A DNA stretch of 64,000 nucleotides from Mobula hypostoma (lineage: Eukaryota). The notes under the pieces were generated by a model. That model saw only the letters and a program-made list of their open reading frames with translations, made no database searches and was not told where the DNA came from. The first letter of the stretch is position 1. Each line of letters starts with the position of its first letter. The translations under genes were made by a program, and so were the position numbers. The DNA lies in the NCBI RefSeq assembly GCF_963921235.1, contig NC_086097.1, forward strand, positions 192,202,001 through 192,266,000, in the 5' to 3' direction. Positions 48,940-61,765 of the stretch are shown here, piece by piece.

Positions 48940-50340
48940 AGAGTCATAAAGACATAAAGTTGGGCAATTTGTCCAATATATCCATGCCAACTAGTGGTCA
49001 CCCATCCATATTTATCACATTTTCCAGTACTTGGCCTGTAGCCTTCTCTGACTAAGCAATTAAATGTTCATCTACACTTACGCACTGTCAGCAGTTCTGC
49101 TTCCAATACTCTCATCAGCAGTGTATTCTAGATATTTATCACTATCTGAGTACAAAAGGTACAAATCCCCTCTAAATCTCATACCCTTTACACTAGTCCA
49201 TGTCATCTGGTTTTATTCACCACTGATAAGAAGGAAAGATTCCTGCTGCCTACATACTTCATAATTTCATATACCTCAGTTATATCTCTGTTTAACCTTC
49301 TCTTCTTCAGGGAAAACAAGCATAGTCTCTCAAGTTTCTCTTAGTAATTGAACCACTTTATCCTATGTGGTATGCTGGTGAATCTCCAATGCACACTCTC
49401 CAGCACCATATCTTCCCAGAAATGCATGCAGTACTCCAGCTGAGGTCTGAACAAATTGGAGCACAATATCCCAGCTCTTGTGTTCAATACCCTGACTAAG
49501 GAAGATCAGCGTCCCATATGCCTTCTTAACTATGTTATCAGTGCTGCTGACTTGAAGGATATTTTGATGTGCACACAGAAGTTTCTCTGTTCATCAGTAG
49601 TCTCTTGAACCTTATAATTCACAATCTATGTCCCAGTTTCATCACTACTCCCAAAACATATCACCTTATATTTATCATGATTAAGCACTACCTGCCATTT
49701 CTTATCCTATTTCTCTGTAACACCATAAGGCACAGGAGCAGAGTAAGGCCATTCAGCCCATAGAGTCTGCTCCACCATTCCATCATGCTGATTTATTATC
49801 TCTCTCAACCCCATTCTCCTGCCTTTTCCACATAGCCTTGGTTGCCCTTACCAATCAAGAGCCAATCAACATCCACTTTAAATATGCCTCCAGAGCCATC
49901 AGTGGCAATGAATTCCACAGATTCACCTTTCTCATCATCTCCTTCTAAAGGGTATCCCTTTATTCTGAGATGGCGTCCTGCAGTTCTAGACTCTCCCACT
50001 ATTGGAAACTTCCTCGCAGTGTCCACACTATCTGAACCTTTCAATATTCAATAGGTTTAAATGAGATACCTCCTCATTCTTCTAAATTCCAGTGAGTACA
50101 AATCCAGAGCCGTCAAATACTCCATATGCATTTATCCTTTCATTCCTGGAATTATTGATACATTGATATATACCAATAGATTGATAGCACCCTGTCAACA
50201 GCAATCTTTGAATCAGCCGTGAACTTACAAATCATGCCACCAATATACATATCCAAATCACTCAGGCACGTTACAGCAGCATGGGTCCTAATATTATCCC
50301 AGTGGAACACCACCAGTCACTAGCCTTCAATCACAAAATC
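48940..50340 (-). mobile_element. Degenerate nested CR1 3' fragments
   Basis: CR1 3'UTR and C-terminal similarity (ORF 49805..50044). Confidence 0.6.
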
Positions 50341-50559
50341 ATCTACTATCATCTCCTAGCGTCAAGACAAACTTAGAACTGATTTAGCAATAATCATTTG
50401 GAACAGTGTCCCATATTGTAGAAGGGCCTAGGGGTAGAAATAGATAGTCCCCTGAAAATAGTGTTGCGGTGTTCGGCATGGACTAGAAGGGTCAAGATGG
50501 CCTGTTTCCGTGCTGTAATTGTTATATGGTTATATGGTTATAGGTTATAGGTATACAGG

Positions 50560-52160
50560 GGGGTGAAGAAGGATTTTATCACAATGGCACTTATCAATCA
50601 GAACACTGAGTAAAGAAGGTATGTTATTCTGCAGTTGGTGAGGCCACATTTGGAATATTGTCTCTAGCAAGGCATTTGATAAGGTACCCCATGCAAGGCT
50701 TATTGAAAAAATAAGGAGGGTTGAGATCCAAGGGGACATTGCTTTGTGGATCCAGAACTGGCTTGTCCACAGAAGGTAAAGAGTTTTTCTAGACAGGTCA
50801 TATTCTGCAGGAGGCCGGTGACCAGTGGTGTACCTCAGGGATCTGTTCTGGGACCCCTACTCTTTGCGATTTATATAAATGACCTGGATGAAGAAGTGGA
50901 GGGATAGGTTAGTAAATTTGTTGATGACACAAAGGTTGAGGGTGTTGTAGATAGCGTGGAGGGCTGTCAGAGGTTACAGCGGGACATTGATAGGATGCAA
51001 AACTGGGCTAATAAGTGGCAGATGGAGTTCAACCCAACTAAGTGTGGGTGGTTTATTTTGGTAGCTCAAATATGATGGCCCAATATAGCATTAATGGTAA
51101 GACCCTTGGCGGTGTGGAGGATCAGAGGGATCTTGGGGTCCATGTCCATAGGACACTCAAAGCTGCTGAGCAGGTTGACTCTGTGGTTAAGAAGGCATAC
51201 TGTGCATTGGCCTTCATCAATCATGGGATTGAGTTTAAGAGCCGAGAGGTAATGTTGCAACTATATAGGACCCTGGTCAGACCTCACTTGGAGTACTGTG
51301 CTCAGTTCTGGTCACCTCACTACAGGAAAGATGTGGAAACCATAGAAAGGGTGCAGAGGAGATTTACAATGATGTTGCTAGATTTGGTGAGCATGCCTTA
51401 TGAGAACAGGTTGAGTGAACTCAGCCTTTTCTGCTTGGAGCAATGGAGGATGAGAGGTGTACAAGATAATGAGAGGCATTGATCAGTGGATAGTCAGGGG
51501 CTTTTCCTGGGGATGAAATGGCTAGCATGAGAGGGTATAGTTTTAAGGTGCATGGAAGTAGGTACAGAGGAGATGTCAGGGGTAAGTTTTTTATGCAGCG
51601 AGTGGTGAGTGCATGGAATGGGTTTGGGGTGGGAGAGCCGTGTCAATCTCACGGATTTGGCGGGACTTGAGTGTGTCTTCCCTAGACATATGCAGCCTGA
51701 GGAAACCGGGGTTTTTGAATGCCAAAGAGGATATTTCAGAAATTCAAAGGATGAGTTGTAGAGAAACAGATTCAAGCTATTTTCATTGGAGTGAAGGAAA
51801 ATGAGGAATTATATTATAGAGGTGCATAAAGTCATGAGTAGCTTAGATTGAGATAATGCACTTTGTCTTTTTCCCAAATTTGGGTAATCAAGAAATAGAG
51901 AGCATAGATTTAAGGTGAGAAGTGAGAGAATTTATAGAACCTGAGGGGCAACATTTTCACCCAGAGGGTGGACAGTATGTGGAATGAGCTGCCAAAGGAA
52001 CTAGTTGAGGCAATTACATGAATAACTTTTAAAACATACTTGGATAGGTACATGAATAAGAAAGGGTTAGAGAGATATGGGCTTAACATGGGCAATTGAG
52101 ACTAGATTAGCTGGGAATTGGTCTAAAAGGCAATTTTTGTGTCCTGTATGACTCTTGGTT
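50560..52160 (+). mobile_element. CR1 RT fragments (composite)
   Basis: ORF 51042..51482 RPHLEYCAQFWSPHY; closely similar to the reverse complement of 1024-2070. Confidence 0.85.
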
Positions 52161-53169
52161 TCAATATGGAAACTTGCTGAAGGCCTTATTGCAGTGAAGT
52201 CCATATAGACTTCATCTACTACACTGGCCTCATCCATACATCTTGTTATCTCCTCAAAAATTCAGTCAGATTGTTCAGACAAGATCTGCTATTGACAAAT
52301 TCATGCTGGATGTCTATGATCTGTCCTTGCATTTCCAAGTGATCATTAATCCTGCCCCTCTGAAAGTTTTCCCTTAACTTTCCAACTACTGATGTTACAC
52401 TTGCAGATCTGTGACTGACAGTCTTTTCTCTGCTGCCTGGGTTAAAAAGTGCAGCACATTTGCTGTGCTTCAGTTGTCTGATACCTTACTTGTGGTGAGC
52501 AATGATTTAAAAATCTCAGCCAAAGCTCCAATGATCTCTTACTAATAGCAGCCTGGGCTAAATATCATTCAGCTATGGGGATTTATCCACCTTTAAACCC
52601 ACCAAATGCATCTCTATCTGGTCCTTATTTATGGAGACTTTCACTAGAATTCCATTCTCCTTCACAGAGTTCACCAACTGCAAAGTTCATTTCCCTTCTG
52701 AATACTAATGAGGAACATTCATTTCGGATCTCATGTGTAACTTCTGAATCTACACACACTTTGCTCCTCTGGTTTTTAATGAGCCATACTCTTTTCTCTA
52801 ATGAATTTACAAAACAACTTCAGATTTACCTTATTCCTGATCATCCTTGTTCCCTACCTAATTTCCCTTTAAAGTGTCACCATTCACTATTGCAAAAGCT
52901 TGCTTGCAAATTCTCAAAAATTTCTAGAGAAGGAAGCTAACTTATAATGTGTTTGAAGATTGACTACTGTATTAGAACCGGTGGGCCAAACTTATCCCTG
53001 GAATGGCATCTTTGGCCTCATTTGCATCAAATTAGTAAACTGTAAACTGCTATCAAGCTGAAGAACTATAGATTGCTTTCTGATAAAGAACTCTTGAATT
53101 TGTTATTTATCACCATTATGCTAGGCAGCTCTGAAAAGAAGTGATGATTGGAGATGATTGACCTAAAAG

Positions 53170-55580
53170 GAGGCAACTTCTGGTAAGATGGCGACACATT
53201 TGATTGCCACATTTTCTTCAAAGTCAACAAAGTGTGTTTCTGTCCTTTACATCTTTTATGATCTCAAGATCCTTCTAGACTTTAAAATATTTCAGGTCTA
53301 GCCCATCAGTGAGTCGCTGAAGGAGCTGGGCTTGGTGTAGATCGTGCTGCTGCTTGCATCAGAGAGGCTTCAGAGGTGCTGGTGTATGAAGGAGGCAGGC
53401 AGTCTAATAGTTAGTGACCATCTTAGTCACTTTTCTTGGGATCGCAAGACATTGGACATTGTTAATGTGGAATGCTGCAAGTTCTGATTCACTGGCAGAC
53501 GGCAGGGGAGAATGTACCCTCAGTCGTAGTGAGTACAAGGCCTCAATCTATTGCCTGATTACAACCACCAGGAGAGAGGTGTTGAAGCTGGTGTGCTCCA
53601 TTGGGGGAGGTGTGGTGCAGTGCCCAGGATGGAGTTGGTGCTGTCTCCCAGTACTTGATCAGCAGAAGACAAGCTGTGTAATGTTCAAATGCAGATTTCT
53701 GCAGCATTCATGGACTCAGGAGCTAGACTTTTTTTTTGCATGGCTGTATTTTACTGATGTGCTTGTTATCTTGTTGTATGTGCTCTATGTGCTTTGTGCT
53801 GTGTGCGACTGTTGGTACTGTGTTTCGTAACTTGGCTATCCTGCATGTCTAAACTCAAGGGTATTCATGCATGGTTGAATGGTAATTAAACTTAAATCAG
53901 CAGCTGACTATAATCAAGCACTGGAGAAGCCGTCACCAAACAAGAAAGAGTCCATTCTGATGGATTTCAAATCATAGTCAAGGACTTCAACCAGGCTTAT
54001 TTGAAGGAATCCTTGCCCAATTACCATTAGCATATAATCCTAAGCACCTGAAGTCCCAAAACACAAGACCACCAAATTGACATGCTATACTAAGATACGG
54101 AATGCCTACCATTCCATCCCAGACAGCATTTCACTTTTTAAGCTTGCTTTGACCATCAAAATAGGGAGGAACCATCTCAAACTCTGACAGCCCTCTAAGA
54201 TCCTGTGATTTCAGTCTCTGAGGCCAACATGCAAGCTTCCTTCAGGTTGGTGCCCAAGAACATGCTAACCTGCCTCAAAGTGACTGTCGTCCAGTAGTAA
54301 TTACATCCACAGAGATAAAGTGCTTTGAGAGGCTGGTGATTAAATATATCAACTCCTGCCTGAAAAGCGACTTGGATCCACTCCAATGTGCCTACTGGTG
54401 TAACAGGTCCACAGAAGATCCCATCTCATTGGCTCTTCATTTAACCCTGGAACATCTGGACAACAAATATCCATGCATCAGGATGCTCTTCATGGACTAC
54501 AGTTTAGCACTAGATATTACCATTCCCTTAAAACTAATTAACAAGGTTCATGATCTTGGCTTCAATACATCCTTGTGCAATTGGGTCTTCGATTTCCTCA
54601 CTTGCAGACTCCAGTCAGTTCGGATTGGTGACAACATCTCCTCCACTATCTCCATCAGCATAAGGCTGTGTGCTTAGCCCCCTGCTCTACTCACTTTACA
54701 CTCAAGGTCAACAAGACCAAGGAGCTGATTATTGACTTCTGGAGGAAGAAACCTAAAGTCCAGCAGCCAGTCCTCATGGGAGGATCAGAGGTGGAGAGTG
54801 TCAGCAACTTTAAATTCCTCTGTTTTGTTATTTCAGGGGATGTGTTCTGGGCCCTGGACATGAGTGCAATTACAAAGAAAACACGGCAGCGCCTCTACTT
54901 CCTTAGGGGTTTGTGAAGATTCAGCATGACATCTAAAACTTTGACAAACTTCTATAGTTGTGTGGTGAAGGGTATATTGACTGGCGACATCACAGCCTGG
55001 TATGGAAACACCAGCGCCCTTGAACAGAAGATCCTACGAAAAGTAGTGGATATGGCCCAGTCTGTCACGGGTAAAGCCCTCCTCACCGCTAAGCAAATCT
55101 ACATGGAACATTGTCACAGGAAAGCAGCATCCATCATCTGGGATCCCACCACCTAGGTCTTGCTCTCTTGTCACTGTTGCCATCAGGAAGAAGGTGCAGG
55201 AGCCTCAGGACTCACACTACTAGGTTCAGGAAAGGTTATTACCCCTCCATCATCAGGCTCTTGAACTAAAAGGAGATAACTTTACTCAAGTCCTGATGAA
55301 GAGTCTCGGCCTGAAATGTTGACTGTTTATTCCCATCAATTGATGTTACCTGACCTGCTGAGCTCCTCCAGCGCATTGTGTGTTGCTGTAGATTTTCCGC
55401 ACTGCCGTACCTCTTGTATCTGTAACTTCACTCAACTTCACTTACCCCATCACTGAAATTTTTCCACAACCTATGGACTTGCTTTCAAGGACCCTTCATC
55501 TTACATTTCCAACATATATTTATTATTATTATTTATTTCATTTTGTATTTGCACAGCTTGCTGTCTTTTGCACATAGGTT
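53170..55580 (+). mobile_element. Rex1/Babar-like LINE, internally deleted
   Basis: KCFERLV, LDPLQCAY...RSTED, RMLFMDYS, KTKELIIDF, RQRLYFLR and LLPSGRR motifs across 54270-55270. Confidence 0.85.
55289..55420 (+). mobile_element. Short PLE terminal-repeat fragment starting at a degenerate hammerhead, nested in the Rex1 3'UTR
   Basis: agtc-CTGATGA-agagtctcggcct-GAAA-tgtt-gact at 55289-55324. Confidence 0.7.
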
Positions 55581-55702
55581 GGGTATAAATTCCACGTAAA
55601 CTTGCTTTTTGCAGCATTAGCACAGTGCATTACAAATATGACAAGCAGAGTACCTAAGTAAAATATTTTACATTACTTAGACATAATAAAGATATTAGGT
55701 GT

Positions 55703-56125
55703 AATGAGAATAGGTTGAGTGAACTAGGCCTTTTCTCCTTGGAGTGATGGAGGATGAGAGGTGATCTGATAGAGGTGTATAAGATGATGAGAGGCACTGA
55801 TCACATGGAGAGTCAGAGGCTTTTTCCCAGGACTGAAATGGCTAGCACGAGAAAGCACAGTTTTAAGGTGCTTGGAAGTAGGTACAGAGGGGATGTCAGG
55901 GGTAAGTTTTTTACGCAGAGAGTGGTGAGTGTGTGGAATGGGCTGCTAATGACTGTGGTGGAGGTGGATACAATAGGGTCTTTTAAGAGACTCCTGGATA
56001 GGTACATGGAGCTTAGAAAAATAGAGGGCTATGGGTAACCCTAGGTAATTTCTAAAGTGAGTATATGTTTGGCACAGCATTGTGGGCCGAGGGGCCTGTA
56101 TTATGGTCTTCTATGTTTCAATGTG
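55703..56125 (+). mobile_element. CR1 3' fragment
   Basis: ORF 55754..56038 MRGDLIEVYKMM...FFTQRVVSVWN. Confidence 0.88.
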
Positions 56126-57657
56126 TAACTTGAGGAAAATATGTTCCAATGTAGAATTAGGGTTTATCAGGTTGGTTCAAGAATGTCATGGCAGTGGAGA
56201 AGAAGCTGTTGAGGAGGAGAGTTATAGGTCTTCAAGTCCCTATACCTCTGGCATGATGGCAGCAAATGAAAAGGGCCTGGATTGTGGTGTTCCTTAATGA
56301 TGAACATACTGCCTTCCTGAGACATCACCTCTTGTGATGTGAGCAAAGCTGTGATGGAACTTGTGAATGGATCTTAAATCACTGGAAAGACATTGAAGAT
56401 GATGATAAAAGTCTTCGTTCAACAGGACAAGCTCTTTTTAATTTCAAGAATATAGTTTATTCATAATAAAAATATATGCAAATGCAATGCAAAAACTTTT
56501 ACATTCATTGCTGATGCATTCAGTAGTGTAGGTTTATTATATATTTTAAAGGAAAATGAAATAAACAAGCATAGTAGCAGGCCACTCTTAGGGCCCCCTG
56601 GGAAGAAGCACCTCCAACTCTTCTCCTCCACAGTAGTAGAAGAGGCACAGACTGGTCCTTCCTCATAGAGAATTAGTATTGGCTGCTCTGAGTTTCAGTA
56701 CATCACATCTGAATGTTCAAACACCTTGGCTGGAGCAAACATAAATGGTCTAACAGCTTCTGAGAACAGAGAAGCCAGATGCCCAAAAATAATGCTGTGA
56801 GGTCTGACTTTCTGGTTTCACAAATATCCTAGCTATTGTTAGATGACTTTGTCACCTTGCACAGCAAAACAAAATCAGTCTGGTTTGAAAGCCTCTTATA
56901 ACTCAGTTACAATGGTGCATAATAGCTTAGTTAGGTGTGCCTTTTTTGATATTGGTTAAATTAACATACCTCCATTCTCTTACTTTTGCCATAGATAGGA
57001 AAATATCTGTCTCATAGTCACACCACCATATTACTTGAGTAGTCAATGACCTTTTGTGTGCCAGCAGCCTGCACAATGTAGACAATACTGTTTGTTTGCA
57101 AAGCTGTTCTTTTAAATACAAACTGATTACTGCTTGCAGTTTACTTTAAGAACTGGACTGGTTCTGATTTGAATTAATGTCTGCTATATTCACATAAATT
57201 TATAATTCCTGAATCCCTAACAGAACTAGCTGAGTCCACCATTTTCTGCAACCTCCTGCATTTCTGTGCATAGAAATTCCCATGCCAGTCAGAATGCTTT
57301 CCACTGTACATCTGTGGAAATTTGCCAGAGTCTTCAATGTCGTGCCAAATCACCTTAAACTTCTAAGACAAAATGCTGGTGTGCCATCCTCATGGTTGCA
57401 TTAATGTGTTGGGACCAGGATAAATGCTCTGAGAATTTTACTCATTTTTGTGTTAAACCTCAGCCCTATGCTGGCAACTTGTAAGTGCCTCATTTTAAAT
57501 TTTTTATGCTTGCTTAAAATTTGTCCTTGGTCTTACTTCTCCATATCTCTGCAAACATTATAACCCCTTTTTTCTAGCCCCTGGGTATGTCCTCAGAGTT
57601 AACTAGCATATTCTGCAGAAAAAGTGGTGAATACTGGGGAGAATGAAAGGGACAGTC

Positions 57658-59066
57658 AACACTCACAACACGCTGGAGGAACTCAGCAGGTCGGGCAGCG
57701 TCCGTGGAAAAGATCGGTCGACGTTTCGGGCCGGAACCCTTCGTCAGGACTGTAGAGGGAAGGGGCAGAGGCCCTATAAAGAAGGTGGGGGGAGGGTGGG
57801 AAGGAGAAGGCTGGTAGGTGCCAGGTGAAAAACCAGTAAGGGGAAAGATAAAGGGGTGGGGGAGGGGAAGCAGGGAGGTGATAGGCAGGAAAGGTGAAGA
57901 AAGAATAGGGGAAAACACAATGGGTAGTAGGAGGAGGTGGAACCAAGAGGGAGGTGGTAGGCAGCTGGGGGAGGGGGCAGAGTGACATAGGGATAGGGGA
58001 AAGGAGGGGGAGGGAATTACCCGAAGTTGGAGAATTCTATGTTCATACCAAGGGGCTTGAGACTACCTAGGCGGTATATGAGGTGTTGCTCCTCCAACCT
58101 GAGTTGCCTCATCATGGCAGTAGAGGAGGCCATGCATGGACATATCTGAATGGGAGTGGGAAGCAGAGTTGAAGTGGGTGGCTACTGGGAAATCCTGTCT
58201 GTTTTGGTGGATGGAGTGGAGGTGCTCGATAAAGCGGTCCCCCAATCTGCGTCGGGTTTCACTGACGTAGAGGAGGAAGCACCGGGAGCACCGGATGCAA
58301 TAGATGACCCCAACAGACTCACAAGTGAAGTGTTGCCTCACCTGGAAGGACTGTTTGGGGCCCTAATTGGTGGCAAGAGAGGAGGTGTAGGGACAGGTGT
58401 AGCACTTGCGCTTACAGGGATAAATGCCAGGTGGGAGATCCGTGGGGAGGGACGTGTGGACCAGGGAGTCGCGGAGGGACCGATCCCTGCAGAAAGCAGA
58501 GAGGAGTGGAGAGGGAAAGATGTGCTCAGTGGTGGGGTCATGTTGAAGGTGGCGGAAGTTGCGGAGGATAACATGTTGGATCTGGAGGCTGGTGGGGTGG
58601 TAGGTGAGGACAAGGGGAACTCTGTCCCTGTTGTGGTGGCGGGAGGATGGGGTGAGAGCCGAAGTGCGGGAAATGGAGGAGATGCGGGTGAGGGCATCAT
58701 TGATGACGGCAGAAGGGAAACCACGATCCTTAAAGAAAGAGGACATTTGAGATGTCCTGGAATGGAAAACCTCATCCTCGGAGCAGATGCGGTGGAGACG
58801 GAGGAACTGGGAATAGGAAATGGCATTTTTGCATGTGGCGGGGTGGGAAGAGGTATAGTTGAGGTAGATATGAAAGTCAGTGGGCTTGTAGAAGATGTCA
58901 GTGGACAGTCTGTCTCCAGAGATGGAGACCGAGAGATCGAGAAAGGGGAGAGAAGTGTCCGAGATAGACCAAGTGAATTTGAGGGCTGGGTGGAAGTTTC
59001 AAGTAAAGTCGATGAAATTGACAAGCTCAGCATGGATGCAGGAAGCAGCACCAATGTAGTCAATTT
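57658..59066 (-). mobile_element. 5'-truncated PLE of a second subfamily (RT thumb, GIY-YIG, terminal repeat)
   Basis: ORFs 58363..58746 and 58063..58341 (VIYCIRCSRC...YVSET); 10-bp TSD agggacagtc at 57648-57657 and 59067-59076. Confidence 0.92.
57716..57751 (-). ncRNA. Minimal hammerhead ribozyme, second subfamily
   Basis: Minus strand agtc-CTGACGA-agggttccggccc-GAAA-cgtc-gacc. Confidence 0.8.
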
Positions 59067-59319
59067 AGGGACAGTCTATACCAGGTTGAAGAACTGAGGG
59101 ACAGATTGACACAAATGGTGATGATTTAGCTCACAGAGAGTGACAAAATGTAGTAAGCATCAGTGCGTATACAGGTATAAGTGCCAGAAGTAAATGGAAA
59201 AAGTTGCACTAAATCTGAAATGTTAGACAAGGATTGAGAAAGGAAGTGTTCTGACTGCTGGAAATGTGCTAATACCTGACTGGAATGGATCATTGAATTC
59301 ACTGTTGAGGGTCAAAATC

Positions 59320-59470
59320 AAAAAGGTCAGGGGGAGTAAAATGGAAAGTTAAATTGACATACCACAGGAAATTCAGGGTCACTTATGTAAACTGAATTGA
59401 GATCATCACAAACATGGTCCCACAGCCTGGATTTGATTTTCCCAATGTGAGCTTTACAAATATATTGTGG
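59320..59470 (-). mobile_element. Old PLE GIY-YIG remnant
   Basis: HIGKIKSRLWDH...PVVCQFN resembles YIGETRRRLGDR...PVATHFN. Confidence 0.5.
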
Positions 59471-59530
59471 TACTTCAAGGAGTGTTGGGCTCCTAGCTGA
59501 TGGTTGTTCTGAGTCATAAAGAGAACTTAC

Positions 59531-59546
59531 CGTGAGCATTATACAT
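59531..59546 (-). CDS. Candidate first coding segment of a host gene (MYNAH + 1 nt) in exon 59531-59596
   Basis: Minus strand gcagcATGtataatgctcacg|GTAAGT: consensus donor, A at -3, in-frame upstream stop, phase-1 exit. Confidence 0.3.
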
Positions 59547-61589
59547 GCTGCTCCTTTAAGTTTTCAAGTTCCCTGCCGATCCCTCTTCCTCACTGGCTAC
59601 AGAGTATGCTGTTATAATTTTGTAAACTACCTCTGGGTCTTCTTGTAAAGGCCATTGAGCAGTAAAAACATTTGAAAAATTGCCTTGAGCTGCCTGAAAG
59701 TCTGTTCCATGATTCATCTAGTGTCTCCATATGCCTTTCAGTAACTTTGTTCTGCTTGAGATGGAGCTTGCATCACACTGACACAGAATTAATATCTGTC
59801 CCATTTTCATCTTAAAATATTAATGAGTAGATTTTATGCATTAAATTGACTGAAAGTCACAGAAGAACAGTGAACTGACCCATCTAACTTCTACAAGTGA
59901 CCCGCTGGGTTTCCTTCTGTGCCAATGCATGAATCAATTCATTAAAATCTGCTCTTATGCTCCTTTCATACATGTCTTTGTGAACCAAAATTAGCAAATG
60001 CAAATTGGGTTCTGTTAACTGCTGCTTCTGTATATTTCTTCGGTTAACAGAACATTCAGCAATATTAGGGAAAAGAATGTTTGATTTACAGCTAGATCTG
60101 CCTCTAGTTGTTCATATTCTAAAGGTACTAAATTTGATTCTGTTCCTTTAGTTGTGAGATATGTTCTGAAGTATACTGTGGATGCCTTTGTCAGATTCAG
60201 TTGTGTCAGACGCCCTGATCATTCTGAAGGAAGTGCGGGGAAACCTTTGATGTGAAAACATAAGCTGCCTTATTCCAATGACAAACAGAGTGAAAACTCT
60301 TGTTCATGTCACTACTACTCTGTTCAAAAGCATATTGTGCACTAACAGAGCCATCTTGGTCACCTGGAAAGGGCAATCTCTCAGCACCTTTTTCAGCACT
60401 AGTTAAGCCACACTGCCTACTCTTGTGCAGCCTTTAGCTGTTTGACCACTAATGGTATCAGTGTTCTTGATTTCAGAAGCCTCTCTCACCTCTCAATACA
60501 AATGAATGAGGGTTAGCCAACTTCACACAATTTGCGCACACTGCTGAATTTCCCATTGCTTGGTCTCCAAGGAAAACAGCTATCTAGCTTATTAATTATA
60601 ATTCATTTGCCTGGAGACATACAGGCTTTCATTCAAAGCAGCCTTTAATATTTTTTCATGTGCAAGTCCCTTGGGCAAGTAATGAAACACGCTGGACACA
60701 ATATTTGTTACATATATTATGTTGTTGCAATAACATTTTATTGCCTTCAGTCTTTCTTTCTTTGCTAAAAATTTTAAACATTCCAAGTCTGGATTCCAAC
60801 CCAAATATAAAAAAATAATTTGCCCTGTTGAGAAATTTCTTGATTGTTAGTAATTCTCACGTTGAAGTTAACTTTATTGATTACATTTTGCAGTATAGAT
60901 TTAACTACACCAATAGGTCATATTTAACTTATAAGATAAATAGATGCTCTTGATAAACTGACAATATCAAGAACACTTATTGATAATAAAAACTCTTCAC
61001 CAATAAGTGCTCTTGATAACTGAGTTTGTATTTTCTCTGCTGTGTAAATTATGTGGCCAAAATTTTATGTTGAGGTTGGCTGGTATTTTCATATTTCATT
61101 TAAACATAGTGGGGGGGGGGTGCTATTTTGGCCCATTGAATATATGCTGGCTCGCAGATCAATCCCATTCCTCATTAATGTTTTCTATAACTCAATTTCT
61201 CTCGGATTCTGCCACTCACATGCACATTGAGGGCAAATCACAGTGACCTAATAATCTAACAGTTCACGTGTCCTTGGGATGTTGTTGTTCAGAAATTAAG
61301 ATATGTAATGTATAATGATTTTGATTAACCTGAATTGTTAAGATTCTTCTCTCTTGTTCCTACAATATAGTGTCAGCAGTAAATGCCTTCACCTGGAAGA
61401 ACTAGGCATGGGTTAAGGAGGGAACAGTTAAAATGCTACTTTTTACTGCTTTTCTATCTATAACCTTAATATGTTCCTTTGAGCACATGCTTAGATGCAA
61501 GGAGAAGGCAGCAGGACACTTCAAACATGCAAACTAAAACCAGTGATGATACCAGTAGCTAATCCATCAGGAAGGGTGAGAGGAAGCAC

Positions 61590-61765
61590 GTACAGAATGC
61601 TGCAGGAACTCAGCAGGCCAAGCAATATCTATGGAAAAGAGTACAGTCGACATTTCGGCCTGAAACCTCGACTGTACTCTTCAATAGATGCTGCCTAGCC
61701 TGTTAAGTTCCTCCAGCATTTTGTGCTCAGATTTCCAGCATCTGCAGATTTTCTCTTGTTTGTGA
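61590..61765. mobile_element. Fold-back PLE terminal-repeat derivative
   Basis: Inverted arms spanning 61596-61720; flanking repeat aggaagggtgag at 61569-61580 and 61767-61778. Confidence 0.8.

Noticed and set aside
58150..59097. 315-aa Gly/Glu-rich plus-strand ORF
   Set aside because: Antisense shadow of the C-rich PLE coding strand; the matching region of the 24-kb copy is not continuously open
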